DNA of 64,000 nt, taken from NCBI GenBank assembly GCA_050174015.1, contig JBFXKG010000001.1, forward strand, positions 160,001-224,000. The letters are read 5' to 3'. The notes beneath the pieces were generated by a model. That model did no database searches, was not told where the DNA came from, and saw nothing but the letters and a program-made list of their open reading frames with translations. This DNA is from Candidatus Krumholzibacteriia bacterium. Its GTDB lineage: Bacteria > Krumholzibacteriota > Krumholzibacteriia > LZORAL124-64-63. Made by a program: the position numbers and the translations under genes. Below, piece after piece: positions 29,166 to 38,334 of this stretch (the first letter of the stretch is position 1; every line of letters starts with the position of its first letter).

Positions 29166-31643
29166 TCAGACCGATTCGGGGTCCAGTTGCTTCAACCAGC
29201 GGTAGAGGGTGATCCGGGAGATCCCCAGGTTGCGCGCCACCCTGGCCTTGTTGCCGCCGGCCCGGTCGATCAGGGCGTTCAGGGAGGTCCAGGTCATTCC
29301 CGATTGGTGCCCGTCGGGCTCGTGTCCCGAGCCGACCTCGGCCTCCTCCAGGTCCAGGGTGCCGCCCCCGGCGGCTTCCCTGCGGCGCAGACGCACGGGG
29401 CGTCCGAGGTCCCGGTTCAGCCAGGCCTGGTGTGCGATGGCCTCGACCTCGGCCACGTTCCCGGGCCAGTGGTGGTCGGTCAGGGCCTCCATGCCGGGCA
29501 GATCGAAGAGATCCCGGGCGTTGAGCGTTGATCCGTTCAACCGCGTCAGGAAGTGCTCGAGCAGGGGCACGACGTCCTCCGGACGATGGCGCAAGGCGGG
29601 GACCCGCACGGCCATCTGGCGCAGCCGGAAGTAGAGGTCGGGGCGGAAGTAGCCCTGGTCCGCCCGCAACGAAAGGTCGGATTCGCAGGTGACGATGACC
29701 CGGATGTCGGCCAGGTGCTCCCGCGAGTCGCCGACGGGGCGGAAGATGCCTTCCTGGATCAGCCGCAGCACGTGGCCCTGCAGCTCTCGCGGCAAATCCT
29801 CGATGCCGGCCAGCAGCAGGGTGCCGCCTTCGGCCTGGGACACCAGACCGGGCAGGTTGCGCGTGACGTGCGGAACGGCGCCGGCGGTGACCCCGAAGAT
29901 CTCGCGCGCCAGGACGTCTGCACCCAGCCCCGAGCAGCTGATGCGGACGAAGGGGGATGCCCCGCGCGGGCTGTTCTCGTGGATGCGCCGGGCCAGCAGC
30001 TCCTTGCCCGTTCCGCCCTCGCCCTCGATGAGCACGGGGTTCTTGTAGCGGGAGAATCCGTCGCAGCGTTGCAGGACCTGGCGGAAGGCCGCCGAGACCG
30101 CGATCACCCGGGTGGTGGGCGCCCGCCTGGTGGAGAAGGAGGCGATGGGAGCCTTCTGCTGCTCGCCCAGCATGCGGCGGCGCGCCATGCCCATGACCAG
30201 TTCGCCGATCTCCTCGGCCAGCACCGGGGTCTCCAGCTCCCGGTTCAGCTGCTGGGCCAGCAAGGCGTGGGTCCAGGCCTCCTCGAGCAGTTTGCCCGAG
30301 GCCGCGCCGGCGTTGCCGGAATCGATCTGTCGCAGCAGGACGCGGGCCAGGTGCCAGGAGGCCAGCATGGTCTCGTGCCGTCCCCGCAGGTCCCGCAATT
30401 CCTTGATGGACTCGCGCAGGTGCCGGGCCGCGAGCTTCCAGCGGCCGAGGTTGGCCGCGCAGACGCCCAGGCACCGGCGGACCACCGCGATCTCGAAGCG
30501 GTCGTTGACGGCGTTGCCCATCTCCAGCGCGTCGGCCAGCAGGAAGTGAGCCTCCTCGTGGCGGCCTTCCAGATCCAGGCACTCGCCCTCGCGGCGCATG
30601 ATCTCCATGACCAGATCGCCGCGGGGCGCCAGGGCCCTGGCCACGGCCAGTCCGCGCTGGTAGTAGCGGCGGGCCTCCGCGGGAGAGCCCTCGTCGCGGA
30701 AGACGTCTCCCAGGAATTCCAGGGCCAGGGCCTCTTCCCTGGCGAAACGGTGCTCGGTGGCCAGGGAGTAGGCTTCGAGCAGGCTGCTGCGGGCGGCCAT
30801 GGGCTCGCCCTTCAGGCGAAGGATGTTTCCCAGGGCGATGCGGGCGCGGCAGGTCATGTCGGGGTGATCGGCGACCAGCTTCAGCTCCTTCTGGAGAAGC
30901 TCGACGCCCAGGTCGTAGTCGCCCTGCTTGTAGCAGACGATGGCCAGGTTCTGGTAGGTCTGGGCCATGCGCAGCGAAGCGCCCAGGCGGCTGTGCAGGT
31001 CGAGGCTCTTCTCGAACCAGCGCCGGGCCTCGTCGAGTCGGCCGCGCGAGAGCTGGGTCCAGCCGAGGAAGTTCGCGGCCACGGCCGTGCGTCCGTCCTC
31101 GCCCAGGACCGTGAAGGCCGAACAGGCGAACTCCACGTGGGAGGCGGCTTCCTCGAGCCGTCCCTGCCAGCGCAGGGAGGCGCCCAGGATCAGGCGCAGT
31201 TCGGCGTTGATCAGGTCGGCGGGATGGCCCGGGGACTGCAGGAGCTGTTCGGCGGCGGCCTGGACCTCGGCGTATTCCTCCCGGTACAGCTGCATGTTCA
31301 GCTCGACGACCCGCACTCCGGGATGGTCCTGGTCGATCCAGCCGTGCCCCTTGGCCCGGTCGAGCCACCGGAGGCAGCCCTGGTGGTCCTTCTGCTCCAG
31401 ATGGCACCAGGCCTTCAGCAGGATGGCTTCGGCGGGATCGGTCGTTCCGGGCAGGTCCAGCCGGGTCCGGCCTTCGGGAAAGATCCCCTCCAGGATCTCC
31501 AGGGCCCTGTCGGCCCGGCCAAGGCGCAGGTGCTCCCTGGCCTCGGCCACCGGGCCGTCATTCCCGGGACGAGCCGGGGACGGATTGCCGGAGGATTGTT
31601 CGTTCAGTGCCGCAGAGAGGTGGCGGTTGCGTTCAACGGACAT
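29166..31643 (-). CDS. TPR-domain regulator with degenerate sigma54-activator AAA+ domain and Fis-type HTH
   Basis: About 450 aa of TPR-like helices; Walker A GEGGTGKE; FRPDLYFRL; WPGNV.E; HTH GNKARVARNLGISRITLYRW; GAFTGA and Walker B altered; AAGGAGGT SD. Confidence 0.9.
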   Translation of the reverse strand: MSVERNRHLSAALNEQSSGNPSPARPGNDGPVAEAREHLRLGRADRALEILEGIFPEGRTRLDLPGTTDPAEAILLKAWCHLEQKDHQGCLRWLDRAKGHGWIDQDHPGVRVVELNMQLYREEYAEVQAAAEQLLQSPGHPADLINAELRLILGASLRWQGRLEEAASHVEFACSAFTVLGEDGRTAVAANFLGWTQLSRGRLDEARRWFEKSLDLHSRLGASLRMAQTYQNLAIVCYKQGDYDLGVELLQKELKLVADHPDMTCRARIALGNILRLKGEPMAARSSLLEAYSLATEHRFAREEALALEFLGDVFRDEGSPAEARRYYQRGLAVARALAPRGDLVMEIMRREGECLDLEGRHEEAHFLLADALEMGNAVNDRFEIAVVRRCLGVCAANLGRWKLAARHLRESIKELRDLRGRHETMLASWHLARVLLRQIDSGNAGAASGKLLEEAWTHALLAQQLNRELETPVLAEEIGELVMGMARRRMLGEQQKAPIASFSTRRAPTTRVIAVSAAFRQVLQRCDGFSRYKNPVLIEGEGGTGKELLARRIHENSPRGASPFVRISCSGLGADVLAREIFGVTAGAVPHVTRNLPGLVSQAEGGTLLLAGIEDLPRELQGHVLRLIQEGIFRPVGDSREHLADIRVIVTCESDLSLRADQGYFRPDLYFRLRQMAVRVPALRHRPEDVVPLLEHFLTRLNGSTLNARDLFDLPGMEALTDHHWPGNVAEVEAIAHQAWLNRDLGRPVRLRRREAAGGGTLDLEEAEVGSGHEPDGHQSGMTWTSLNALIDRAGGNKARVARNLGISRITLYRWLKQLDPESV

Positions 31644-32031
31644 CGCCACACCTCCTTGCGCCTGCCGGGAACCATTCACGCAAGTATCCTTGGAAGCCTG
31701 AAACCGCAGGGTGAGCGGGAAACCATACCATAGTTCCGTGGAGGGTGCCACCGAACCGGTCGGTCGGTATCAGGACCAGGGAAATGGACCCTCCGGGTGC
31801 GAAGACCAGGGTCGGGACGATGGCGGCTGTCGCTCCCTCGACGTAGGTGCCGCCTCCCGAACCGGAGGAGGTGTAGCTTTCGGGGCTGAGGTTCCCGTCG
31901 CCGGGATCCCCCTCGGTGGCGATGGCACGCTCCTTTTTGGCGAAGGCAGGAGCCGCGGCGAGGGAGACGAGCAGGAAGGCGGCGAGAAGGAGGATGGCGC
32001 CCCGGAGGCGAGCAGGGACTCGAGAGATCAT
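31633..32031 (-). CDS. Small secreted protein / putative signalling pre-peptide (132 aa, EGDPGDG core)
   Basis: AGGAG SD; Sec signal peptide ending AFA; stop overlaps the regulator start by 11 nt. Confidence 0.7.
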   Translation of the reverse strand: MISRVPARLRGAILLLAAFLLVSLAAAPAFAKKERAIATEGDPGDGNLSPESYTSSGSGGGTYVEGATAAIVPTLVFAPGGSISLVLIPTDRFGGTLHGTMVWFPAHPAVSGFQGYLREWFPAGARRCGDVR

Positions 32032-32196
32032 TTCCGCTCCTGGGAGGGGGAAGCGTTGCAGATTTCTTCAGGACTGTCAGACTAACATTTGCGTGACATT
32101 GCGGTCAAGATATTTTTCTTTTTACTATTAATGCTGACCAGTTGTAACAAAATTCGCCTTTATGGCCTGGTCGTTTTTTGCTTTTTGATTCGAAAT

Positions 32197-32219
32197 GTGT
32201 AACATCCCGGGTGTTACAC
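32197..32219. promoter_or_regulatory. Inverted repeat GTGTAACA-N7-TGTTACAC, putative operator/enhancer
   Basis: 8-bp perfect arms in an AT-rich intergenic region; extra TGTAACA half-site at 32143-32149. Confidence 0.6.
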
Positions 32220-32584
32220 TGGCACGGTCGAGGAGGGGGAAAATTTTTCCTGGGGACGAACAAGGGTTTGGACGGTTTTGTTTTCCCTGAGGGCCCCCGC
32301 GGAAGGGTTTGCCGATTGCCCGATCCCGATCCTCCGCCCGCCTGACCAAAGGCCAATTGGCTCCCCGGTGAAATAAGGCGTGGCCAGGACTGAGGATGAG
32401 AATTAGAGTCAACAGGGGGAGCCCTCCCGGGAGGGTCTCCCCATCGTCAAACGGCTAACAATTATTAGGCGGAGCACCGGTTGGGAATTATATTTTTCCT
32501 ACCAAAACACTCGCCTAATTCCGGCCACCCCGCCCCGGGCGTAGCCCGGTCCCGGCGGCCTGGATACCCGCTCTGCAACCCCAG

Positions 32585-35500
32585 GTGGTAAGCGTGAAGT
32601 CATTCTGGAAAAACCCCGTGATCGCCTTGCTTTCTTCACTGAAGCTCAGCGCGGCCCTCATGGCGATCGTGGCCATCGCTTCGGCCAAGGCGACCTTCAT
32701 CGAATCCGATTACGGCCGGGAAGCGGCCTACGACCTGGTCTATGCGGCCCGCTGGTTCGAGGGCATCCTGATCCTGCTGACCATCAGCCTGATCCTGCTC
32801 TTCTTCAAGCGGTGGCCCTACCGTCAGCGGCAGTGGGGATTCGCCCTGGTCCACATCTCCATGGTCGTGATCCTCGTGGGGGCGGGCATCACCCGCTACT
32901 TCGGTTACGAGGGGATCATGGCCATCCGGGAGGGGGAGTCCGTCGATTACATCTACTCGGACAAGGCCCACCTGCAGGCGACCATCGGCCAGGAGACCGG
33001 ATCCTTCCCGGTCCGGCTCTGGAAGCCGGGCGAGAATTCCGTGTGGGGATCGGTCGCCATCGGCGGGGAAACCTATGACCTGGGCGCCACCGGGTACTGG
33101 CCCCGCTATGCGGAGGGCTACCAGGAGGGTCCCGGCGGCGTGCCGGCCCTGGAATTCGCCGTGACCCAGGACGGGGACGTCACCAGCGACACGCTGCCTC
33201 TCGGGCGCAACACGACCATCAACGGGGTGGACGTGCGGTTCCTGACGGGCGACTTCACCGGCGAGATGAGCAATTCCCCGCGGGGCGACCTGCGCCTGCA
33301 CATCGCCGGCGAGACCTGCACCTTCCCCGTGGTCCTGCCGGGCGGCGAACCCTTCCGCTGCGGCGACTACACCTTCGAGGTCCTCGAGTTCACGACCAGC
33401 TTCCGGGTCGGGGCGGACCCGGTCCTGGACGGTCCGATGGTCAATCCCATGGTCAGGATCAGGATCACCGGGCCCGACGGGGCCACCGGGGAGCGGATGC
33501 TGTTCGCCCTACATCCGGACTTCTCCATGGGTCACAGCGGCAATTCGGCCCAGTTCGAGGACCTGGACATGCTGTACCAGGTGAGCATGGGGCTGGAACT
33601 GAGTCCCGGCGGCGAGACCGGCATCAGGGCCCGCGCCTCGTTCCCCCTCCAGACCATGGACATGGAATCGGAGCAGAGGGGCGAGATCCCCGCGGGCCAG
33701 GTGTTCCCCTTGCGGGAATCCATGCTGTACCTCAACGACGGCTCGGACTTCTCGTTCGTCGCGGTGGACATCATGCAGTCGGCGGTGCTCGGGCCGATCC
33801 AGACGGACAATCAGAACGCCCGGCCGGCCGCCCGCATGGTGATCAGGGACGCTCAGGGCAACCAGGCCGAAGCGATCGTCCGCAAGGACACGCCGGGCGA
33901 GGTCGTGGATCTCGGCGGAAAGAGCGTGCGCCTGACCTTCGCCCCGGTGATCGTGCACCTGCCCTACTCCGTCCACCTGGACGACTTCGTGCTGCAGACC
34001 TACCCCGGCAGCGACAACCCCGCCACCTACGAGAGCTACGTCTCCCTGAGCGATCCCGAGAAGGGCATCCAGGGGGAGAAGGTTCACATCTACATGAACT
34101 ACCCCATGATCCACCGCGGCAGCAAGCACTTCCAGTCGTCCTACGATCAGGACCGGAAGGGCACCGTGCTGTCGGTGAACCACGACCCCGGGAAACTCCC
34201 CACCTACATCGGGTATTCCCTCATCTCACTGGGCTTCCTCCTGATCCTGTTCAAGGAGGTCTCGGTGCTGTTGAAGGACCTGATGGCGGTGGACAAGCAT
34301 AAAAGGAAGGAGACCGCCGTGAAGTCCCTCCTCGTCGCCCTGCTGGCCTCCGGCGCCCTCGCCCTGGTAACCCCCTCGGCGTTCGCCCAGGCCCACGACC
34401 CCAACGACGGCCAGGATCACACCGGCCACAACCACGGGCCGGCCACGACCGGCTTCGTGACCCTGTCCGATCCCGCGCGCGAGGCGGCGTCCCGCCTGAT
34501 CATCCAGGACTTCCGCGGCCGCATGAAGCCCCTGGACACCCTGGCCCGCGAGACGGTGATGAAGGTCGCCAAGCGGTCCAAGTACGAGGGGCGCGAGCCC
34601 GTGGATCAGTACCTGAGCTGGTCGCTGAACCCCAACTTCTGGTGGGACAAACCGCTGATCGGCGTGCGGTACCCCGGGGTCAAGGACGTGCTCGGCGTGG
34701 ACCACTCGGTGAAGAACGTCTCGGCCGCCAGCCTCTTCGACTCCCAGGGCCGGTACAAGCTGGCCGCCCTGGTCGAGGAGGCCCACCGCACCTCCGACCG
34801 TGAACGGACCAAGACCCAGCGCAAGCTGATCAGCTTCGACGAGCGCTTCCAGATCCTCTACATGACCTTCCAGGGGACGATGCTCAAGCTCTTCCCCATC
34901 CCCGGCGATCCGAACCACAAGTGGGAGACCTTCGCCAAGGTCGAATCCCGGCTCGACCCCGAGCAGGCGCAGGCCTACTCCGCCGCCTACAACGCCCTGG
35001 CCGGAGGGGTCCAGTCGGGCGACAACGGGATGATCAGCGACGCGGTCGCCAGGATCCACGACCTCCAGGCCCGCTTCGGCGCCGAGGTCGTTCCCTCGCG
35101 GATGCGGATCGATTCCGAGCTGACCTACAACCGATCGCACCTCTTCTCGTGGATGATGGTGCCCTTGCTGGGCGCATCGTTCGTGCTGATGGTGGTCTTC
35201 TTCTGGCGCCTGTTCCGGGGCAGCACCCTGCAGGCCAGTTTCCGCAACCCGTTCTACAGCCTGGGCATGGCTCTTTATACCTTCGCCTTCGCGGGGATGA
35301 TCTACGCCTACGTCCTGCGCTGGATCGCTTCCGGCCGGGCGCCCCTGAGCAACGGCCACGAATCGCTGCTGTTCATCAGCTTGGCCGCCGCCCTGGCCGG
35401 GCTGCTCTGCGAGTTCGCCTTCCGGCTGGCCGCTCCCGGCAGCCTGGGCTCCCTGCTGACCGTCGTGATCCTGGGCGTGTCGATGCTCTCCACCTTCGAT

Positions 35501-36088
35501 CCGGCCATCGGCCCGCTGGTGCCCGTGCTGGTGTCGTACTGGCTGAACATCCACGTGACGATCATCACGGCCAGCTACGGATTCCTGGGGCTTTCCGCGC
35601 TGCTCGGGGCTCTGGTGCTGATCCTGATCATGTTCAAGTCGGCGAAGAAGGAGAACCTCCACGAGGCCGTGAAGATCCTCGACAGGATCAACCGCTTCGT
35701 GCTGGTGGCGGGTCTGGGTCTGCTGACGGTCGGCACCCTGCTGGGCGGCGTCTGGGCCAACGAGTCCTGGGGCCGTTACTGGGGATGGGACGCCAAGGAG
35801 ACCTGGTCGCTGATCACCATCCTGGTCTATGCGGTGGTGCTGCACTTCCGCTGGATTCCCGCCATGCGGTCCGTCTGGCTCAACAGCGCCGGCAGCCTGG
35901 CGGCGGTCAGTTCCGTCGTGATGACCTACTTCGGGGTGAACTACTTCCTGTCGGGCCTGCACAGCTACGCCCAGGGGGATGCCGCCAAGGTTCCGGATTG
36001 GGTCTACATCTTCGCCGCGGTGATCATCGCCATGATCGCCCTCTCGGGCTACATCAACAAGAGCCGGCCCTGGGGCGCCAAGGCCTGA
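32585..36088 (+). CDS. ccsBA: Fused system II cytochrome c synthase CcsBA (ResB + CcsA)
   Basis: N-terminal TMs with HISM..ILVGAGITRYFGYEG; large periplasmic domain; MNYP..H...FQSSYD; GGVWANESWGRYWGWDAKETW (WWD); MTYFGVNY.LSGLHSYA. Confidence 0.92.
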   Translation: MVSVKSFWKNPVIALLSSLKLSAALMAIVAIASAKATFIESDYGREAAYDLVYAARWFEGILILLTISLILLFFKRWPYRQRQWGFALVHISMVVILVGAGITRYFGYEGIMAIREGESVDYIYSDKAHLQATIGQETGSFPVRLWKPGENSVWGSVAIGGETYDLGATGYWPRYAEGYQEGPGGVPALEFAVTQDGDVTSDTLPLGRNTTINGVDVRFLTGDFTGEMSNSPRGDLRLHIAGETCTFPVVLPGGEPFRCGDYTFEVLEFTTSFRVGADPVLDGPMVNPMVRIRITGPDGATGERMLFALHPDFSMGHSGNSAQFEDLDMLYQVSMGLELSPGGETGIRARASFPLQTMDMESEQRGEIPAGQVFPLRESMLYLNDGSDFSFVAVDIMQSAVLGPIQTDNQNARPAARMVIRDAQGNQAEAIVRKDTPGEVVDLGGKSVRLTFAPVIVHLPYSVHLDDFVLQTYPGSDNPATYESYVSLSDPEKGIQGEKVHIYMNYPMIHRGSKHFQSSYDQDRKGTVLSVNHDPGKLPTYIGYSLISLGFLLILFKEVSVLLKDLMAVDKHKRKETAVKSLLVALLASGALALVTPSAFAQAHDPNDGQDHTGHNHGPATTGFVTLSDPAREAASRLIIQDFRGRMKPLDTLARETVMKVAKRSKYEGREPVDQYLSWSLNPNFWWDKPLIGVRYPGVKDVLGVDHSVKNVSAASLFDSQGRYKLAALVEEAHRTSDRERTKTQRKLISFDERFQILYMTFQGTMLKLFPIPGDPNHKWETFAKVESRLDPEQAQAYSAAYNALAGGVQSGDNGMISDAVARIHDLQARFGAEVVPSRMRIDSELTYNRSHLFSWMMVPLLGASFVLMVVFFWRLFRGSTLQASFRNPFYSLGMALYTFAFAGMIYAYVLRWIASGRAPLSNGHESLLFISLAAALAGLLCEFAFRLAAPGSLGSLLTVVILGVSMLSTFDPAIGPLVPVLVSYWLNIHVTIITASYGFLGLSALLGALVLILIMFKSAKKENLHEAVKILDRINRFVLVAGLGLLTVGTLLGGVWANESWGRYWGWDAKETWSLITILVYAVVLHFRWIPAMRSVWLNSAGSLAAVSSVVMTYFGVNYFLSGLHSYAQGDAAKVPDWVYIFAAVIIAMIALSGYINKSRPWGAKA

Positions 36089-36116
36089 CCCGTTGTCGCG
36101 TGCCAACCTTCGGTCC

Positions 36117-36150
36117 AGAAAGGGGATCCGGCCGGCCGGATCCCCTTTCT
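36117..36150. terminator. Perfect 34-bp palindrome, likely bidirectional terminator
   Basis: AGAAAGGGGATCCGGCCGGCCGGATCCCCTTTCT equals its own reverse complement; follows the ccsBA stop. Confidence 0.75.
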
Positions 36151-36240
36151 CGTCCCCGGCCGGATTGACGCGAGGGCCGATTTGTGGGAAGATGGTTCCG
36201 GATCGAACCTCCGGTCCGGCACCCTTTGCAGTCAGGCCCC

Positions 36241-38322
36241 ATGATGATCCACCCCACCGGATCCCCACGCAGGCCCGCCGCCGTTATTTTTATCGCGGCG
36301 ACTCTCGCCGCACTTCTGGTCCGGGTCCTGTACGTCCTGCAGATGGCCGATCCGGCGCTCAATCCGGCCTTCGTGCGGCCCATCCTGGACGCCGCGGTCA
36401 ACCGGACCTGGGCCCTCGGCCTGCTCGACGGATCCTGGCCCCCCGCCGAGCCATTCTTCCGCGCACCCCTCTACCCCTACTTCCTGGCCGGTCTCTATGC
36501 CGTCTTCGGCCCGGATCGTCCGCTGCCCGTCCAGCTGGCCCACGCCCTGGTGTCCTCCCTGGGCGCGGGCCTGGCCGCCCTGTGCGCCCTGCGGATGTGG
36601 GGGCGGCGCGCCGCCTGGTTCGCGGGCCTGGGATTCGCCTGCCTGTGGCCCAGCATCTTCTTCAGCGGCGAGTTGCTGGACGTGACCCTGGGAGTGACCC
36701 TGAACCTCCTGCTGCTGTGGCTGCTGCTCGACCCGGAGAAGGACTGGAGGCTGGGCGCTGCGGGCCTGGCCTGGGGGCTCTCGGCCGTCTGCCGGCCCTT
36801 GATCCTTGCCGTCGCCCCGGTGGTGGCGGTCTACCTGCTCCGCCGGGGCCTCCGGTGGCGTTCCCGGGGGATGCTGTTTCTCGCGGCGGGCCTGACGGCG
36901 GCCGTCCTGCCGGTCACCGCGCACAATCTCCTGCGCGGCGGCGAACCGGTCCTGATCGCCGCCTCGGGCGGCGTGAACTTCTACATCGGGAACAATCCCG
37001 CCGCCGACGGACGGGTGGCCTTCCTGCCGGGAGCGGAGCCCGACTGGCAAGGCAAACCCCAGGAAGTGGTCGCTTTGGCTGCCGGGGAAGGGGGGCCGGC
37101 CGCGACGATCGTGGCGGCCGACCGGTATTTCCTCGGCAAGGGGATGTCGTACCTGTGGTCCGAGCCGCGCGATGCAGCCGCGCTCTACGCCCGCAAGGCC
37201 TGGCTCCTGCTGGCCGCGGGGGAGCGATCCAACAACAAGAACCTGGCCTTCTGGCGCGATCGGTCGTCCCTGCTGCGGCTGCCCGTGTGGCTGGGGTGGG
37301 CTCCGGTCCTGGCCTTCGCCCTGGTGGGGCTGCTCCGGAACGACCATGACCGGAGCCGGGGCTTCCTGATCCGGGGTCTCCTGGTCGCCTATTCCCTGGC
37401 CTTGCTCCTCTTCTTCATCAACGCCCGTTTCCGGTTGCCCCTCCTGGCGTGGCTCGTGGTCCCGGCAGGGGCCGGCGCCGACAGCATCCTGCGCGCCATC
37501 CGGCTGCCCGCCTGGCGTCCGGGGACGCTCAAGGCCGCGGCGATGGCGGCCGTGGTCCTGCTGGCGGTCTGGGTGCCGGACGGGCTCACCTTCAGGCAGG
37601 AGCCCGGCACGGACTTCGAGAGTTTCCGCATCCTGGGGGACGGTCATCTGGCCGCCGGGAGAGCCGACCTCGCCGAGGAGGCCTACGTCTCCGCCCTCGC
37701 CGCCGACGGCCAATCGCCCGGCCCCGCTGCCGCCTGGTCCCTGCCCGCGGTCTACGGGCGCCTGGGAGGGATCCTGCTCCAGGAAGGCCGGTACCAGAGC
37801 GCCGAAAGCCTGTTCGCCGCCTGGATCAAGCGGTTGCCCGACGACGCCGGCGGCCGCCTGTACCTGGCCGACCTCATGCTCAGGACCGGCCGGCCCGAAC
37901 AGGCCTGGCCCCACCTGGAGGAGATCCTCGCCCGCGATCCCGACAACCTCCAGGCGAGGCTCGGCAGGGGCTGGGCGCGCCTGAGGACCGCCGATGCGCA
38001 GGGGGCCCTGGAGGATTTCCGGGTGGTGGAAAGCCGAACCGACGATCTCGCCGCCACCTTCGGCGCCGGCATGAGCCTCATGGAAATGGGGGCCTGGAGG
38101 GACGCCGAAAGGACGTTCCTGGCCTTGCTGAACCGGGAGCCCGGTTACTGGCAGGCCTACGGCAATCTGGCCGGACTGTACGAGAAGACGGGCCGACCCG
38201 ACGACGCCATCATCGCCTGGGAGAGGCTGCTGGAAGTCAATCCCGCCGACGCCGGGGCGCGAGCCAGGCTCCAGGAACTCCGCAGCGAAATCACCACCAC
38301 GAACTCCTCCGCCCGCAGGTGA
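36241..38322 (+). CDS. GT-C (PMT/ArnT-like) glycosyltransferase with C-terminal TPRs
   Basis: ILDA, APLYPYFLA, GGVNFYIGNNP.ADG, RFRLP; many TMs followed by TPR helices. Confidence 0.85.
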   Translation: MMIHPTGSPRRPAAVIFIAATLAALLVRVLYVLQMADPALNPAFVRPILDAAVNRTWALGLLDGSWPPAEPFFRAPLYPYFLAGLYAVFGPDRPLPVQLAHALVSSLGAGLAALCALRMWGRRAAWFAGLGFACLWPSIFFSGELLDVTLGVTLNLLLLWLLLDPEKDWRLGAAGLAWGLSAVCRPLILAVAPVVAVYLLRRGLRWRSRGMLFLAAGLTAAVLPVTAHNLLRGGEPVLIAASGGVNFYIGNNPAADGRVAFLPGAEPDWQGKPQEVVALAAGEGGPAATIVAADRYFLGKGMSYLWSEPRDAAALYARKAWLLLAAGERSNNKNLAFWRDRSSLLRLPVWLGWAPVLAFALVGLLRNDHDRSRGFLIRGLLVAYSLALLLFFINARFRLPLLAWLVVPAGAGADSILRAIRLPAWRPGTLKAAAMAAVVLLAVWVPDGLTFRQEPGTDFESFRILGDGHLAAGRADLAEEAYVSALAADGQSPGPAAAWSLPAVYGRLGGILLQEGRYQSAESLFAAWIKRLPDDAGGRLYLADLMLRTGRPEQAWPHLEEILARDPDNLQARLGRGWARLRTADAQGALEDFRVVESRTDDLAATFGAGMSLMEMGAWRDAERTFLALLNREPGYWQAYGNLAGLYEKTGRPDDAIIAWERLLEVNPADAGARARLQELRSEITTTNSSARR

Positions 38323-38334
38323 TCCCCTCCGGCA

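Noticed and set aside
32220..32235. Sigma54 promoter (TGGCACG)
   Set aside because: The -24 box is present but there is no TTGC at -12 (reads AGGA)
32416..32442. Hairpin upstream of ccsBA as a riboswitch
   Set aside because: Single GC stem with no recognisable aptamer motifs
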